DNA of 64,000 nucleotides, taken from NCBI GenBank assembly GCA_040954595.2, contig CM082579.2:14013834-14077833 (forward strand). Direction: 5' to 3'. Shown one piece after another: positions 11,950-24,389 of the stretch; position 1 is the first letter of the stretch; every line of letters begins with the position of its first letter. A program made the translations under genes and the position numbers. The notes beneath the pieces are model-generated. The model was given only the letters and a program-made list of their open reading frames with translations, was not told the DNA's origin and ran no database searches. Source of the DNA: Balanoglossus misakiensis (Eukaryota > Animalia > Hemichordata).

Positions 11950-12121
11950 ACCCTCCCTCTCTCTCTGTCTCTACTCTGTTGTCTCCGTGTCTGGCTTCTA
12001 TTTCTGGTTCTATGATGTTGTTGTCCGTTATTTGGCTTCCGCTATCGCTATGATCGCTGTCACTATCCTGAAAGACTTATTCAAGAACTTCGTCGGCATC
12101 AAACTTTGCCCATGTCGCCAT
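11950..12121 (-). mobile_element. Possible piggyBac-like transposase N-terminal remnant in the intron
   Basis: AAAATGGCG start context; MATWAKFDADEVLE*VFQDSDSDHSDSGSQ... is an acidic leader of the kind seen in piggyBac transposases. It contains a stop and no catalytic domain is visible. Confidence 0.35.
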
Positions 12122-13156
12122 TTTTAAATACCAAGTGAATGAAAAAATATGATCGGGGCGACCTAAAATCAGCTGTTTAAGGAAACCCTTTGATGACAAA
12201 ATCGACTTGATTGTTTACAATACATATGCGCATGCTCAATTAGGGTTGACCCCTGTCCTATATATAGTCATACAAAATGAGTAAATAAGCAACGAACATA
12301 AAATAGAACAGACCAAGTAACGGACGCGATCTTGGCGCATTTATGCGCCTCCCGCATTCTGACTGCCGGCGCAGAAAATGCCCTCCCGCAGCGAAAGTGT
12401 TAATATTCATGAGTTTACTTTTCTTGTTTACGTACACTACTATAACAATTGGAAATCTAGAGAATGTCTATTTCATCAAGTTGACAACCCCCACATGTGT
12501 AAGTCATGTACATAAACAAAAATAGTCTGGTGTGTGGAGCCTCCTCCCTTTTTGAAATACTTTTTTATGCAATCAGTCCAAACTCATGATCAGTCCAACC
12601 TGTTCAGTTTTAGTGTGGGGAAAAGCTGGAATGAAAGCAGACCTAAATTACAGACAACGAAATACAACAAATCTTGTCTCATTCTTATTTTCAATTCCTC
12701 TAGTTTTTCCATGGTACCAGTGTGGAAGCACTGATGATAAACTGTGGCAGACAGTTTTAAATGACGACAATCATCTTACTCTTATGTACATATGCGTTAA
12801 TTTTGTGTGTACAAAATAACGTCCAATCCAAATATCTGCAAATTTTATGTGCGTGCATTCATATAGTGGACTGCCTTCGCTTCCTTCTATATTTCTTGCA
12901 CGCCATATAAGAAGAATTTAGTTTTGACTCTTCTTTTCACTCAATTTGCTGTCTTTTCCTAATCTATGACACAGACTATGGTTGCCGCCACCTTGTCTGT
13001 TGTTAAGACAGCACTTGTGGCATAGATAAAAAAATTATAACTAGAGTCTCTGCTTTGGCAAGTGTGCGTTAGACGATCAATACCCTTTAACAAAACTCTG
13101 CTTAGAATTCAAATCATATTCTTTTCAAAATGTCAGCATCTGATTACATAGTGAAT

Positions 13157-13430
13157 TAAAGCTGCAAGCAGTGTTCACTAGGCCCAAGCAATTCCCAGGG
13201 TTCCTACAGAATGCCAAGGATTATCTGCTGTGGATACCCACAATTTTGTCAAAAAGTTTTGATCCTAAACTGATCTATGTCCTACAAAATCGAAACTTCT
13301 AGATCTATTGGTTAGCCTAGAATTAGGAGTGTACATAATTAATTAGGTCAACGGGGGTCCTGAAACTAACCATCAAATTTTAGACACAGCTTAAATCAAT
13401 TTCCCATTGTACAGTTACTATATGCCACCC
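13157..13430 (-). mobile_element. 3' fragment of HINE family 1
   Basis: Reverse complement ends GCTTGGGCCT...ACTGCTTGCAGCTTTAA, homologous to the 3' ends at 43402 and 44625. Confidence 0.7.
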
Positions 13431-13548
13431 TAAATTTCAGTCTGATTGACAAATGTGAAGAAAATTAAAAAGAGATGTCGTCTGATACATTGCCATTTTC
13501 TGTGAAGTGACTTTAAAAGAAAACTGTTTTGTTTGTATTCAACTGCAG

Positions 13549-13821
13549 CAGCAACAACAAGCCAGCAGAACACAAGCAACCATTCCACCACCAAAACAAC
13601 AAACAGCAGCAACAAAACAAACATGGCAACAACAACAACAACAACAGCAGTTATCACAACAACAACAACAACAACAACAGCTGTAACTAGGACAACAGCC
13701 AAGGCCGCGACCAAAGGTACCTCAGATGGGCTTGGCACCCAGCTTGCAACAAACACAGCAACAATCAAGTAGTACTCTGCTGGCTGATGACCGGAGATTT
13801 TTTGATATTCTGAATCAATAA
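13549..13821 (+). pseudogene. MED25: Terminal poly-Gln exon, tentatively the MED25-like C-terminus (premature stop)
   Basis: Acceptor ctgcAG, in phase with the previous exon. Encodes QQQQASRTQATIPPPKQQ...QQQL*LGQQPRPRPKVPQMGLAPSLQQTQQQSSSTLLADDRRFFDILNQ*. TAA at 13684-13686 is probably CAA>TAA; the natural stop is at 13819-13821. Confidence 0.45.
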
Positions 13822-14328
13822 ATTTATACAGGAAACTGACTATAATGAACAGGAGACTGTTCATGCCTTTATTACCATTGTAACTTCTATATACTAAATG
13901 AAACACAGATGCCCAAAGAAATGTCAAAAATTTCTCAAGGTATGCGGGAATTTTCAAATATTCCAGACAGTCGAGTGTTGGGGATTTGGAATATTTATCA
14001 CTCTCATTTACTGTATACAGACATATCCATTCCAAAGCTATCACCTCCACTCATTCTTCAGTGTTCCTTGATTTAAAAAAAAATAATTTCGAAACAGATC
14101 AAATAACACGAAATTGTTATTCCAGTGTAGTAACAGAATATACTCGGTCTGTACTAATTCTTGCATTAGCTTTACATTGTTTCTATCACAATACCCTATT
14201 TCAATATAACCATATTTGTATGCCGGGCAGATGTAACTAGTTGTCAATGTCTATTGTAATACAAAGTCTGCCATACACAAAGCAACTGTGCATTGTCTTC
14301 TGGTGTGAAAAAAGATACTTAGGATGTA

Positions 14329-14534
14329 TGTAAAATGGGAAATTTTCATGAGAGATAAATTCGCCCGAATCATGCAAGTGCTAAAAAAACACGAAAACTA
14401 AAAAGTCGCGTAAACATGTTTTTCAGAAATAATGATGAATTGAAATTCGAGAATGCGATAATTAATCGTTGCATAACAGTTGCCACATTTGATATTATGA
14501 AAATTTCCCGTTGCGAAAATTTCATGTTTTACAG
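14329..14534. mobile_element. Tc1/mariner-type MITE
   Basis: TGTAAAATGGGAAATTTTC ... GAAAATTTCATGTTTTACAG|TA with internal GCGAAA-type subrepeats. Confidence 0.55.
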
Positions 14535-14536
14535 TA

Positions 14537-14905
14537 TATAGCCATATTTTTTCCACTTCCAAAACTAACATCAAGAGTCATGCATGCCACTGGCCCAATA
14601 AAGCCTGATAGCTCTTGCTGGGAATTGTGATGTAACTGGCATCCCCCTTAAAGTCACTGACATTAACTGAACAATGGCGATTGTGTGTAAGGTTATAGTA
14701 AAGGCAAGGCTAATTTAAATTTAAAATGGTACCAATCCTTAATCACACATATGTATCCTTTGACCAATCATTGGAAAAACAAAGTCCGTGATTGACTTCA
14801 AAGGGATGCTAATTACATCACGATTCCCTGCAAGGGATATTATGCTTTATTTGGCCAGTGGCATGCATAGTTTTTTGAAAGCAAAGCAGATAAAATACAG
14901 CTATA
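14537..14905. mobile_element. Fold-back MITE
   Basis: ~75-bp imperfect inverted repeat (ATGCATGCCACTGGCC.../...GGCCAGTGGCATGCAT) and TATAGC/GCTATA termini. Confidence 0.65.
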
Positions 14906-16914
14906 TACTAGACTAATACCTTATTAACTCCTGATCATTGGAGAATGTATCTCTAAAGTTACTCTCTATCGCTCCCTCTTTGAGTGTCAGAACTTCCAGT
15001 TGTATACCAAACATTTGTATTACCCAATCACAGACTTTGTGTTATTGGTCATTTATCTATCCAATTGAAACTCATGTGTTCATTGGAGCATTACACCAAA
15101 GAAGTCACACTATAACAGTGACAATACAACACTTGCAAAAACATGGATTGCTGAGGTCAGCCTATCTGGTTCCAGATTATCTGTGACCCAACTAATGCAG
15201 CTATAATGAATGTGTTTGGTTATATACAGAGATTTGTAGATTGTATAAGACGTGTTAATATCACACTCTAGCATGGGGCAATGTATATTTATCTTGTGAA
15301 AGCCACAAAGTCACTAGCTCTTGATGTTCATTTTCTATTTTTGTTGTTGAATAATTTATTATGAAATTAGATTGAAGCTGAACTCACGACATATGTGTGG
15401 ACATAACACGTTTATACGTCCATGTCATAATTTTTGTTAAAGCCAAACAATTAAATATCACCATTATAACAAAATTAACAACAATGTAACCCCGGGGCTG
15501 TCACTTTTTTGAATGGATACCGATCCAGAGTTAATGTTTCATTGGAAAGTCTAACAGTGTTTTGAAATGTCACATTGTAATTTGAAAGTTTGGGCTTGGG
15601 CAGTGACAATGACATTGTTTGTGTACACAATTTGAAATGGAGCTCTATGAAAAGAGAAAAGTGGTGTGTGGAAAAGAATGAAGTCTTTGGGCTTATATCA
15701 GGTGCCTTCATTTGACTCTCAAGGAGAGTTTTGTAAAACAATTAACTTGTTGTGTGTCAGCATTATTGGGAAAGATTAAGCACACACATGTATACAGGTT
15801 AGATTATAATGGAAAATCACCATCAGCCTTTTTTCTTAGCACTCTCACCTTTCACCCCCAGTTCCCTGTGTAGACATCCAACTTTTCCAACAGAAACAAT
15901 GGATTTGGACAGAACCATTAGTTCATTTGAATACTGGTATGTATGTAATATGTGTATTTATAACATACATCATGCTAACACTGTGTCATGATTCACCAGA
16001 ATCCGTCACGTGATAAGAAAATAGAATCGACTATGAATCCTCTAGGGAAATAGCAGAAAATATATAAACTGGTCACGTGACCAACAGGATATAAAAGAAT
16101 CCCATGCATATACTTTGTCAGTTCACCTCTGTAGCCAGACTGGCCATACGTATGAACTGATGATGTCCCTGTTATAGGCATATGTCTTGTGAAACATATA
16201 AACCACTTTGGTGTGTTTTGTGTTTGGTGAACAGCGTGACAAGCATGTTAGAATCAAACTATTACATGCATGTTAAGAAATATAGTCTGTTATATGGAAG
16301 TGACCATAGTTGCCATATTATTAAAATCACATTTTTAATATCAATATTCACATGTCATTGCTTTCTACGTTTCTTGAATTTCCTATCATTTTATGTTAAC
16401 AAAAACAAGAGCCTTCTGTGACAACTTTCGAAAATATTTCATGTAATCAGCCATTCATTTTATGTGTGTGTGAATAATGACCCCATGAGGCTGTAGAATC
16501 ATGTATAGTGCTGAAGGGGACGCCATCCATAGCTTTCATATTGCATAAGATGCTAAGTTGGTATTTTCCACATATTGCTTTTTTGTACTGAGAGTTCTGT
16601 ATGTTACGCAGTCCTTAAGAAGAGCTTTTGACAAACATTTCATTGTACTTTCAAGACTGCTACAGTATTGAGATATTATATGCAGTATTAGGAAGAAATA
16701 TCTTTAATATTTTTATTCTAACAATTTTCCCATCATGCTAAACAAGTAGACAGAAATGTCATGTTAGGATTTTTGCATACATAAAATAAATATTCTGACA
16801 AAATAAGTGCTTTTGTCTGTCTCTTTGATTTCAGGTGAGGATCAGTATTTGTTGTTGCTTTTTCCAGCGTAGATTCCAATCAGAAGACAATTGTGATGAA
16901 CAGTATGTTCTGTT

Positions 16915-17770
16915 TGATTGGGACCTTATGAGATTGGTTGCATCTGTATGGATGTATGGGTGTATGTCCGTCCACATCAAAAACTTGAAAACCGCTGCGC
17001 GTACAACCTCGATATTTGTTGTGTAGATGCATACCGGGCTGTAGATGGGAGTTTGTTCAAACAAAGTTGTCATTGCCCAAAATATGTAAATTATCAGGGA
17101 AAAACCTAAATTTGGTCAAAACTCAGAAAATCAACAACCACTGGTCATAATGATTCTGTATGTTTTGAGCTAATACTGTGAATTTTCCATTTTTTATGCA
17201 TATTTTGTCTTTTTCCACATATTTGGTAATAAAACCTACTTTCTGGAATTAATCAGCCCACCGCTTTGAAATTTAGTATGGAGCTTCATATAGGTGATCT
17301 GAGATACTAAAGTTTTGTTTAAATTGCTGCAAAATTTGCATAATTATAATTTTGGAGCAATTTTTACATTTTTGATCATTTTTTTCCTGTAAAACCGCTC
17401 GTAAGATCGCTTTGGAAATTTGCATGCATGTTCAAATCAACTTGAAGAATTCAATAGTATATTTTTGTGGTGATTTTAACCATTTTTGTTCAAAATTCAT
17501 TCTCAGAACCCTCTACTCCATTGCTTTCAAATTTGATTTAAAGGTTCCTTCCTGAGTTGTCATGATAATTTACAAAACCAATGATGAAAGTGTCAATCTT
17601 TTGTGTGGGCAATATCTTGTATTTTGGGGGCATATTTTCCAATTTTGAAAAATTATATTTCCCAGAAAGTGTAAGGCTGATTACTTTAAAATTTAAGTTA
17701 ATAGGATTGGCTTATTTAGAATTATAATGGAATCAAATTATAGGTAATTCAAAACTTTTATATTTTGTAG
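16915..17770 (+). mobile_element. HINE-like family 2 element, 5' part (similar sequence resumes at ~20480-20960)
   Basis: TGGGACCTTATG followed by a GTAT/GTCC microsatellite. Homologous in inverse orientation to 62625-63109. Confidence 0.65.
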
Positions 17771-17780
17771 GATATTTTGT

Positions 17781-18400
17781 TTTATCATACATGCAACGCC
17801 CGTATTTGGCACTTTCTATTGTTCTCGTCCCGAAGATATTTTACGGTATTACACTGAGTGCAATATATCTTCACTCCGCGTCTCGAACTATTTTTGAGAA
17901 CGCTCGGCACGACAGTTCGCTTTGCGTGCGAGCGACGTACGGGGCATAGGACGCTAGTGGAGAGCAGTGTTGTAAAATTCGGTTATTAGAAGCTATAATA
18001 ATGTTTTCAAAGTTGGCTGTTTTGCCATGTTGAATGTATCATTTTTACTTCTTCGAAATTCTCAATGCAAAATAATTGTTAACATGATAGTTTGAAAGAG
18101 AACGTAGACAATTTTATTTTGAATGCGGATGTGCCCATCGTAGTGAAAGCTGCCAACCCCCTTAAAATGATACTACGGCCCACACGTCATACGTCACAAC
18201 ATGGCTACTGCCGTGATCCCAGGGCGCCTGTTCAAATTTGAAATTGTTTTTCTCGGCGCATTTTCGCAAATCGTACTGTTTTATAGGTAGGCATGTATGA
18301 TAAAGGGGTTATTACACGAATTTTGGTCGATAACGCGACGCATTCTCGTGATGTCCGTATTTTGATGAGTTGCAAAGCAACGAGTCAAAATACGGACCCC
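17781..18400. mobile_element. Palindromic CpG-rich non-autonomous element
   Basis: Perfect 14-bp IR TTTATCATACATGC (17781-17794) / GCATGTATGATAAA (18291-18304), plus an adjacent hairpin at 18353-18397. Confidence 0.55.
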
Positions 18401-21400
18401 TAAATATACAACAAAACATTTTATCTCCGCGACCAGCTGTTCAATTTGGTGCATGGACAGTGTTGGACTCTTGATCTGTCTATGTTTAGAAAATTTGATC
18501 AAATTCATGATGACTTGGATTGAATTGAATCAATGTTTATTCGCTCTAGGAACACTTTATTGACTACAAACTTTTGTTTTGTTGTTTGTTGGATGGGTAA
18601 AATTTAAGACCTCTCGGCCAACGCGGAGCAGAGTTTAATTAGTTTGAAGTTGTGAAAATCGACGAAACAGAGCGAAAAAACGGCAATTTGCGCTGTCGGC
18701 ACATTTCTTCTGCCTCGATTTATCGACACCAGGACCTCCCCCCCCCCCAAAAAAAAAATATATCAATTATGGATCATCAAATAACTAGACTGCATCGTCC
18801 ATGAAATCAAACTCGACGACAAAAAAACTTCGCCGATTCCGAGGTAAACGCATCCCGACAGGATAAGAACTCCGCTATGTGACATCATCTGATTTCTCTG
18901 TAAACATTGGTTGGTCGTTACTTCGGGAACGGCACTTAATCTTCTCGGTTGGGCCTTTAATTTCCATGACCCCGGTCGATTCGGCCAAGACGCAAACCGA
19001 TTCTTCACTTTGCAGTTCAGTAAAGTTGGCGAACGGGATAGTCTGTTAATGGTGAATGCAGGCCTGTACGCAGTGCTAGCGAACGGGACAAATTGACATA
19101 ATAAAAGCGAGTGTTGTCAGATTAGTGGGACTGTCATATCATGAACACAATACGGGAGGCGTGATAAGGGCATTATAAAGAGCGAGCGTGAAACTGACAT
19201 GGAAACGATCGACAGTACGGTACAGCACAGTGGCTGTGGGTAGAGCGAGCATGTTGCTGTGCCGAACACATTTACCATGTTTGTTAAATACAAAACACAC
19301 CGACTTGACCTGCGGCCGCAGCTGCAGCTTCCTAACGCGCCCTAATCCAAGCAGTTTACGATCTCGTGGATCGTGGTTGGACTGACAAAATGACCCAGAA
19401 AGAGAACCACATTAGGAAGTATTATAGGTCTGTTTCCTCAAAGTCCAATAAGTGCAAAACTTAACGCACATCAAAATGTTGCCCAGACAACGGTAGTTAG
19501 CAGTTTGCTTGCTCGGTTTGAAATGCGCGGCTGTGGTAGAAAATTACCCCCTGTTCTTTGGGACGTGAGCCACCCCCCTGAGACAATGGTGCACTCACAC
19601 TCGAGAACATAGGTTTGCTATTTGCATATACAAATGGAATATTCCTTCGAATGCGAGCATGTTCCAGTGCGTTCTAAAATAATAAAATATGCAGCTATAG
19701 CATGTATGCATATTCATTGGTGTGTCGTAATGCTAACTTTGGTCTGTGATTGGGTAACAAGTCCCACTCTCCATAACAACAGGTGATCATTGACCCGTTT
19801 CCGGTGTGCGACGTCGGGTTTCAATCACTTTCCTTCTTACTGCCGCGGGATCAAGACGTCTTTTCGGTAGGCTCATAATCCAGTCATTGCTTTTAGTACC
19901 ATAGCCTATATAGCTACGTTACCGTCGCTCGATTGTTTTGTCTGGTATTAGGTGATTTGCAGCTATCCGTTCAACACCTTGTAGTTGAACAGAAGTAGGT
20001 CTTATTCCAGAAAAAAATCCGAGCTACGGGCGTGCAGCTAGCCATGCCTCTCGGCCATTCTGTGTATGGCTTCGCTGCTGACCCTGAGGTCATAATCGAG
20101 AAAGTCTAGTCATATTCATAGGGCTATACTCTGTGAGAATTTTATTGCTAGGCCTCTTGCCTAAGCGCACGTAGAGCCAGTGTTTGCATTTTTTTTAATT
20201 TTACGGTTTAAACGTGGTTGGTGTATTTTCGCTTTTCTGTTTGTTTTTTCGTAACATTTTACTGTTTACATGTTGTTGGCGTATTTTCGTTTTTCTGGTG
20301 TGATTTCCACCTCACTGTTGGCATACTTAAACAATTATCCTAATTTTTATTGGGCAAACCGATAAAACCAGAACCACCACAAGTAAAGAAAATTGTAATC
20401 TGTTTGGTGATAACCCTTTTAGCTTTGAAAGATAACCGATTTGATGTTTTAGTAAAACCAAATTTTTGACCAGGGTGACAAGCATTTTTTTTCCAAGAGT
20501 CGTGTTGCTTTGAAGCATACATTTGGATATATGGTCCCATTTGATGAAAACCTGGTTGATGAAAAATGTGCATATTTATAATTTTGTAGAATTTTTTGTC
20601 TTTTTTGGTCAAAAATTGTTTTATCTAAAACTGCTTGTCAGATTGCTTTCAAATTTTGCAGGGTTGTTCCTTGGGAATAATTAAGTGAGATGTTTTAGAA
20701 AAATACTTGAAATTTGCATATTTGCGTTTTGTGTGTGATAGTTTTGGAATTTTTCATTAAAAATTATTTTCTTTCAAACTGATTGTCAGATTGCCTTGAG
20801 CTTTGGTAGGCATGTTCCCTGAAGCGATTGACGTAAGATATTGTACAATTTTGGTGAAAATACTGATTTTTCTGAAACTGCATATGGGATTGCTTTGAAA
20901 TTTGATAGGATTATTGCAATGGGTAACCCAAGTTTTGTCTGATTGTGTTGATTTCCCTATACTGAGACTCGCCAAGTACACTATATGTTTATATTACTAG
21001 AGAGTTCAGAATCCAATATGGCCCCCATACGAACTGGGACATACTGTGTAATCAGATTATTTTCTAAACTTGTCATATTTTAATTTCTCGATCTCACAAA
21101 TAAAAATGAAATGCCAAAAACTGAGTAACTTTCGTTTCTTCCCGCTTGGTGTCCATTAAAGTCTTTTTCCTCCCACTGGGAAAGTGGCTAGAGTCAATAT
21201 GTGCATAATGGCAGCATTATATGGCACTGAATAAATGGCAGGGGTGTTTACATCTCCTAATTTGTTTTCACTTAAACCATTATAAATATCTAACAGTATA
21301 TGATCATATTGTGTATGCAACTCGGAGATGTGTTTCACTTCAGGGTTGGAAGTTTGTTTAGTCAAGTCTGGGAAGTGACATGTCTTCAAAGTGACTGATG

Positions 21401-21723
21401 TTATCTGCTTAGAGCTGAATGCCCATTGGTGTTCTTTCCTAGGAATACATTTTCTTTGCATTTCATAGACCTGTGTATAATTATAATTTCAGTTATATAT
21501 TCTAATTTGCGTTTAGGTAGAGTATGCATGGAATTAAAATAATTATTCTGTAATTACCCAACAAAAATGTTTGTCTTACAATTGTCTAGCAAGTGGATAT
21601 TTTGATTGTTAATTTGCACAGGCAACATTATGGAAGTAGCATAAAGAGTATTCAATAATATAGCAGACCTTCTAGCCAGAAAGAAGAGCTTAGAAGATTT
21701 ATCAGCTCATAATATTCCTTTAA

Positions 21724-22537
21724 GGCTGCATTCACAAACACCTCTGGAGGGGGGGGGGACGGGAGAATTCAATTTTTTTTACCGCTAATTTTCACATGCC
21801 CCCCTTCCGAACTGCCAATATTTTCAAATCCCCCCCTTCCGAACTGCCAAAATTTTGAAATCCCCCCCCCCCCATTTTCTTTCACAGAGCAAAACACATC
21901 ACCTATCTATCTTGTAAAAAGATAAACAGCGCTCCCATGAAAAGAATTTGAAGCTGATGTTTCCCCTCATCAGTGGGTATTAAAACTGAACATTGTTTTT
22001 ATTTTTTAAGTACATATATTTGTATTCTGTGTTGGGAGACATTGTAAACCGAGAATTGAAGGGGGTGGGTTTGGGAGGGGGTGTCCCCCTCCCACGTAAG
22101 AAAATTTTCTAAAATACAGAGCTCAAAGTTGCATTTTAATGAACCCGGCAAAAGCAAATTAACTCAACTACCGGTATGTTGGGGAGGACAAATTTAACCG
22201 TCGCCACTCAAAGTTATCATGGGGTGGGGCAAGTCCCCTGATCTGGGACACTAGATAAACCAGTCAATGATTGAAAGGTGTTGATGAATGGAGGGGGTGG
22301 GTGTGGGAGGGAGTGTCCCCCTCCCATATTAGAAAATTTTGTAAAATAAAGGGCGCGAAACTGCATTTTTGTGGACTCAAAATAAATATTTAGTCGTTAA
22401 AGTTTTCAAGTCCCCCCCTCTCAGTCCCTAAATTATTTCAAATCCCCCCCCTTACATACCCTCAATTTTTTCAAATCCCCCCCCCCCCCCTCAATTCTCC
22501 TGCCCCCCCCCCTCCAGAGGTGTTTGTGAATGCAGCC
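21724..22537. mobile_element. PIF/Harbinger (Tourist-like) MITE, 814 bp
   Basis: Perfect TIR GGCTGCATTCACAAACACCTCTGGAGGGGGGGGGG; 3-bp TSD TAA at 21721-21723 and 22538-22540. Confidence 0.88.
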
Positions 22538-23625
22538 TAACCAATGAACTTTATATGAACTTGCACACCTGCCTTCAAGATACAGGGATTAATGTTCAGG
22601 AAACCTTACCAGCTCTAGTACATTTATTTCAGCCAGAAATTGAATTACCAGATAAAAAAATCAGTAATTTTACAAAGATACAGTCATAAAATAAATGGAG
22701 AAAGCCAGCAAGGAAGGCATAAAAGTGGAATACATGAAAGACACAGTTAGCTTAAACTACATGTGTATGCAGTAAAAACTGTATGGTGCAAGGACGTTCA
22801 TTTTTATGATTTATAGCCAGCCAGTCTTTCCATGCATATCATACCAAAATTAATATGAAAATTGTGTAAATGTTAATAGACTACAAGGAAAGTACAAATA
22901 CATGTAGAAATTACACTATCCAACTTTCTCCACTTTTGATATCTGCTCAACACAGGCAAGCAAAAGGGCCGATCTGAGAGTTTGACTTGAATGATGGCAA
23001 TTTTTGCTGTCCAGAAGTAACTGTATAAAATATTTTTTGGTAGTAGTATTATTGCTCAAAATACACAAGAATTTAAATATCTCCGCTCGCTACAGTGATT
23101 GAACTGATTTTCAGCAAATTGCAGTGTATAAATAAACATTGCCATCTAATGAAATATCAATCCAATATGGCCGCCCATTTGCAATGGTAAAATGCTAGGT
23201 TTTTCCTTTTTTGAGCGCCTGGGAATTTAAATTATAATCCAGATATCAAACACTTAAGTCACTATCTGTATCTGCACATATATTGTAATATATTCTGAAA
23301 ATTTCGTTACAATTAGATCAACTATGATTGAGACACGGAACATCAAACATTGCAAAATTTCATATTTCCCATGGTGCCATGCAAAAAATAGAGAGATTTT
23401 CTTTACAAGTTTAGATGATCTCCTGTAAAACTGAAAGAAGTATTCTTCTGTGAATCGTGCATAATTTTTTGAAAAATGTTGAAGGTACTTGAGAATATCA
23501 GTATTTTTTGATGCTTTTGTACCTTGAAAACTGGTGAACCGATTTTGATAATTTTCTTTATTATAACCTACAAAGACCTATAAACATTTTTTATCAGTAA
23601 AATAAACAGCCTTATATAATTTTAC

Positions 23626-24177
23626 TGGTCCAGCTGTTACAGAGACCACTGGCTATTTTATTATAAACTGGTGGTAGGTCAGTGAATGCCTCTGTCTGAT
23701 TGGACTAATTAGCTTGTCATACTCGCATGTATTTTACAGACAGTTTTTGGACAAAAATCAGTTGTGGTCCAGCTGTTACAGAGACCACCGGCTATTTTAT
23801 TATAAACTGGTGGTAGGTCAGTGAATGCCTCTGTCTGATAGGACTAATTAGCTTGTCATACTCGCATGTATTTTACAGACAATTTTTGGACAAAAATCAG
23901 TTGTGGTCCAGCTGTTACAGAGACCACCGACTATTTTATTATAAACTGGTGGTAGGTCAGTGAATGCCCTTGTCTGATAGGACTAATTAGCTTGTCATAC
24001 TCGCATGAATTTTACAGACAGTTTTTGGACAAAAATCAGCTGTGGTCCAGCTGTTACAGAGACCACCGGTTATTTTATTATAAACTGGTGGTAGGTCAGT
24101 GAATGCCTCTGTCTGATTGGACTAATTAGCTTGTCATACTCGTATGTATTTTACAGACAGTTTTTGGACAAAAATCT
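23626..24177. repeat. Minisatellite, 139-bp unit x 4
   Basis: TGGTCCAGCTGTTACAGAGACCAC starts at 23626, 23765, 23904 and 24043; the copies are near-identical. Confidence 0.95.
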
Positions 24178-24389
24178 GTTTTTTTAGTGCTGCTTGTAGG
24201 ATTGCAGTGACACATAACACTTGATTGGGCATAGTGAATTTTTTTATGTTTCCATAGTATTTGAATATTTTTGCCATATATGCTTGCCAATGTCGCCCGT
24301 GATTTTAATTCTGGCGAATACCTAAAATCTGTGTAATCTCCAAATGGCACAACAGTATCCTATATGCTATGTTTTAAGAAGTTAATTAT

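Noticed and set aside
13430-14050. 206-aa Val-rich minus-strand ORF, the longest in the track
   Set aside because: It is the antisense reading of the CAA repeat; splice signals support the plus strand.
16835-16902. Possible further exon after a good acceptor (tttcAG)
   Set aside because: No recognisable peptide, stops in at least one frame, and the upstream gene fragment already ends at 13821.
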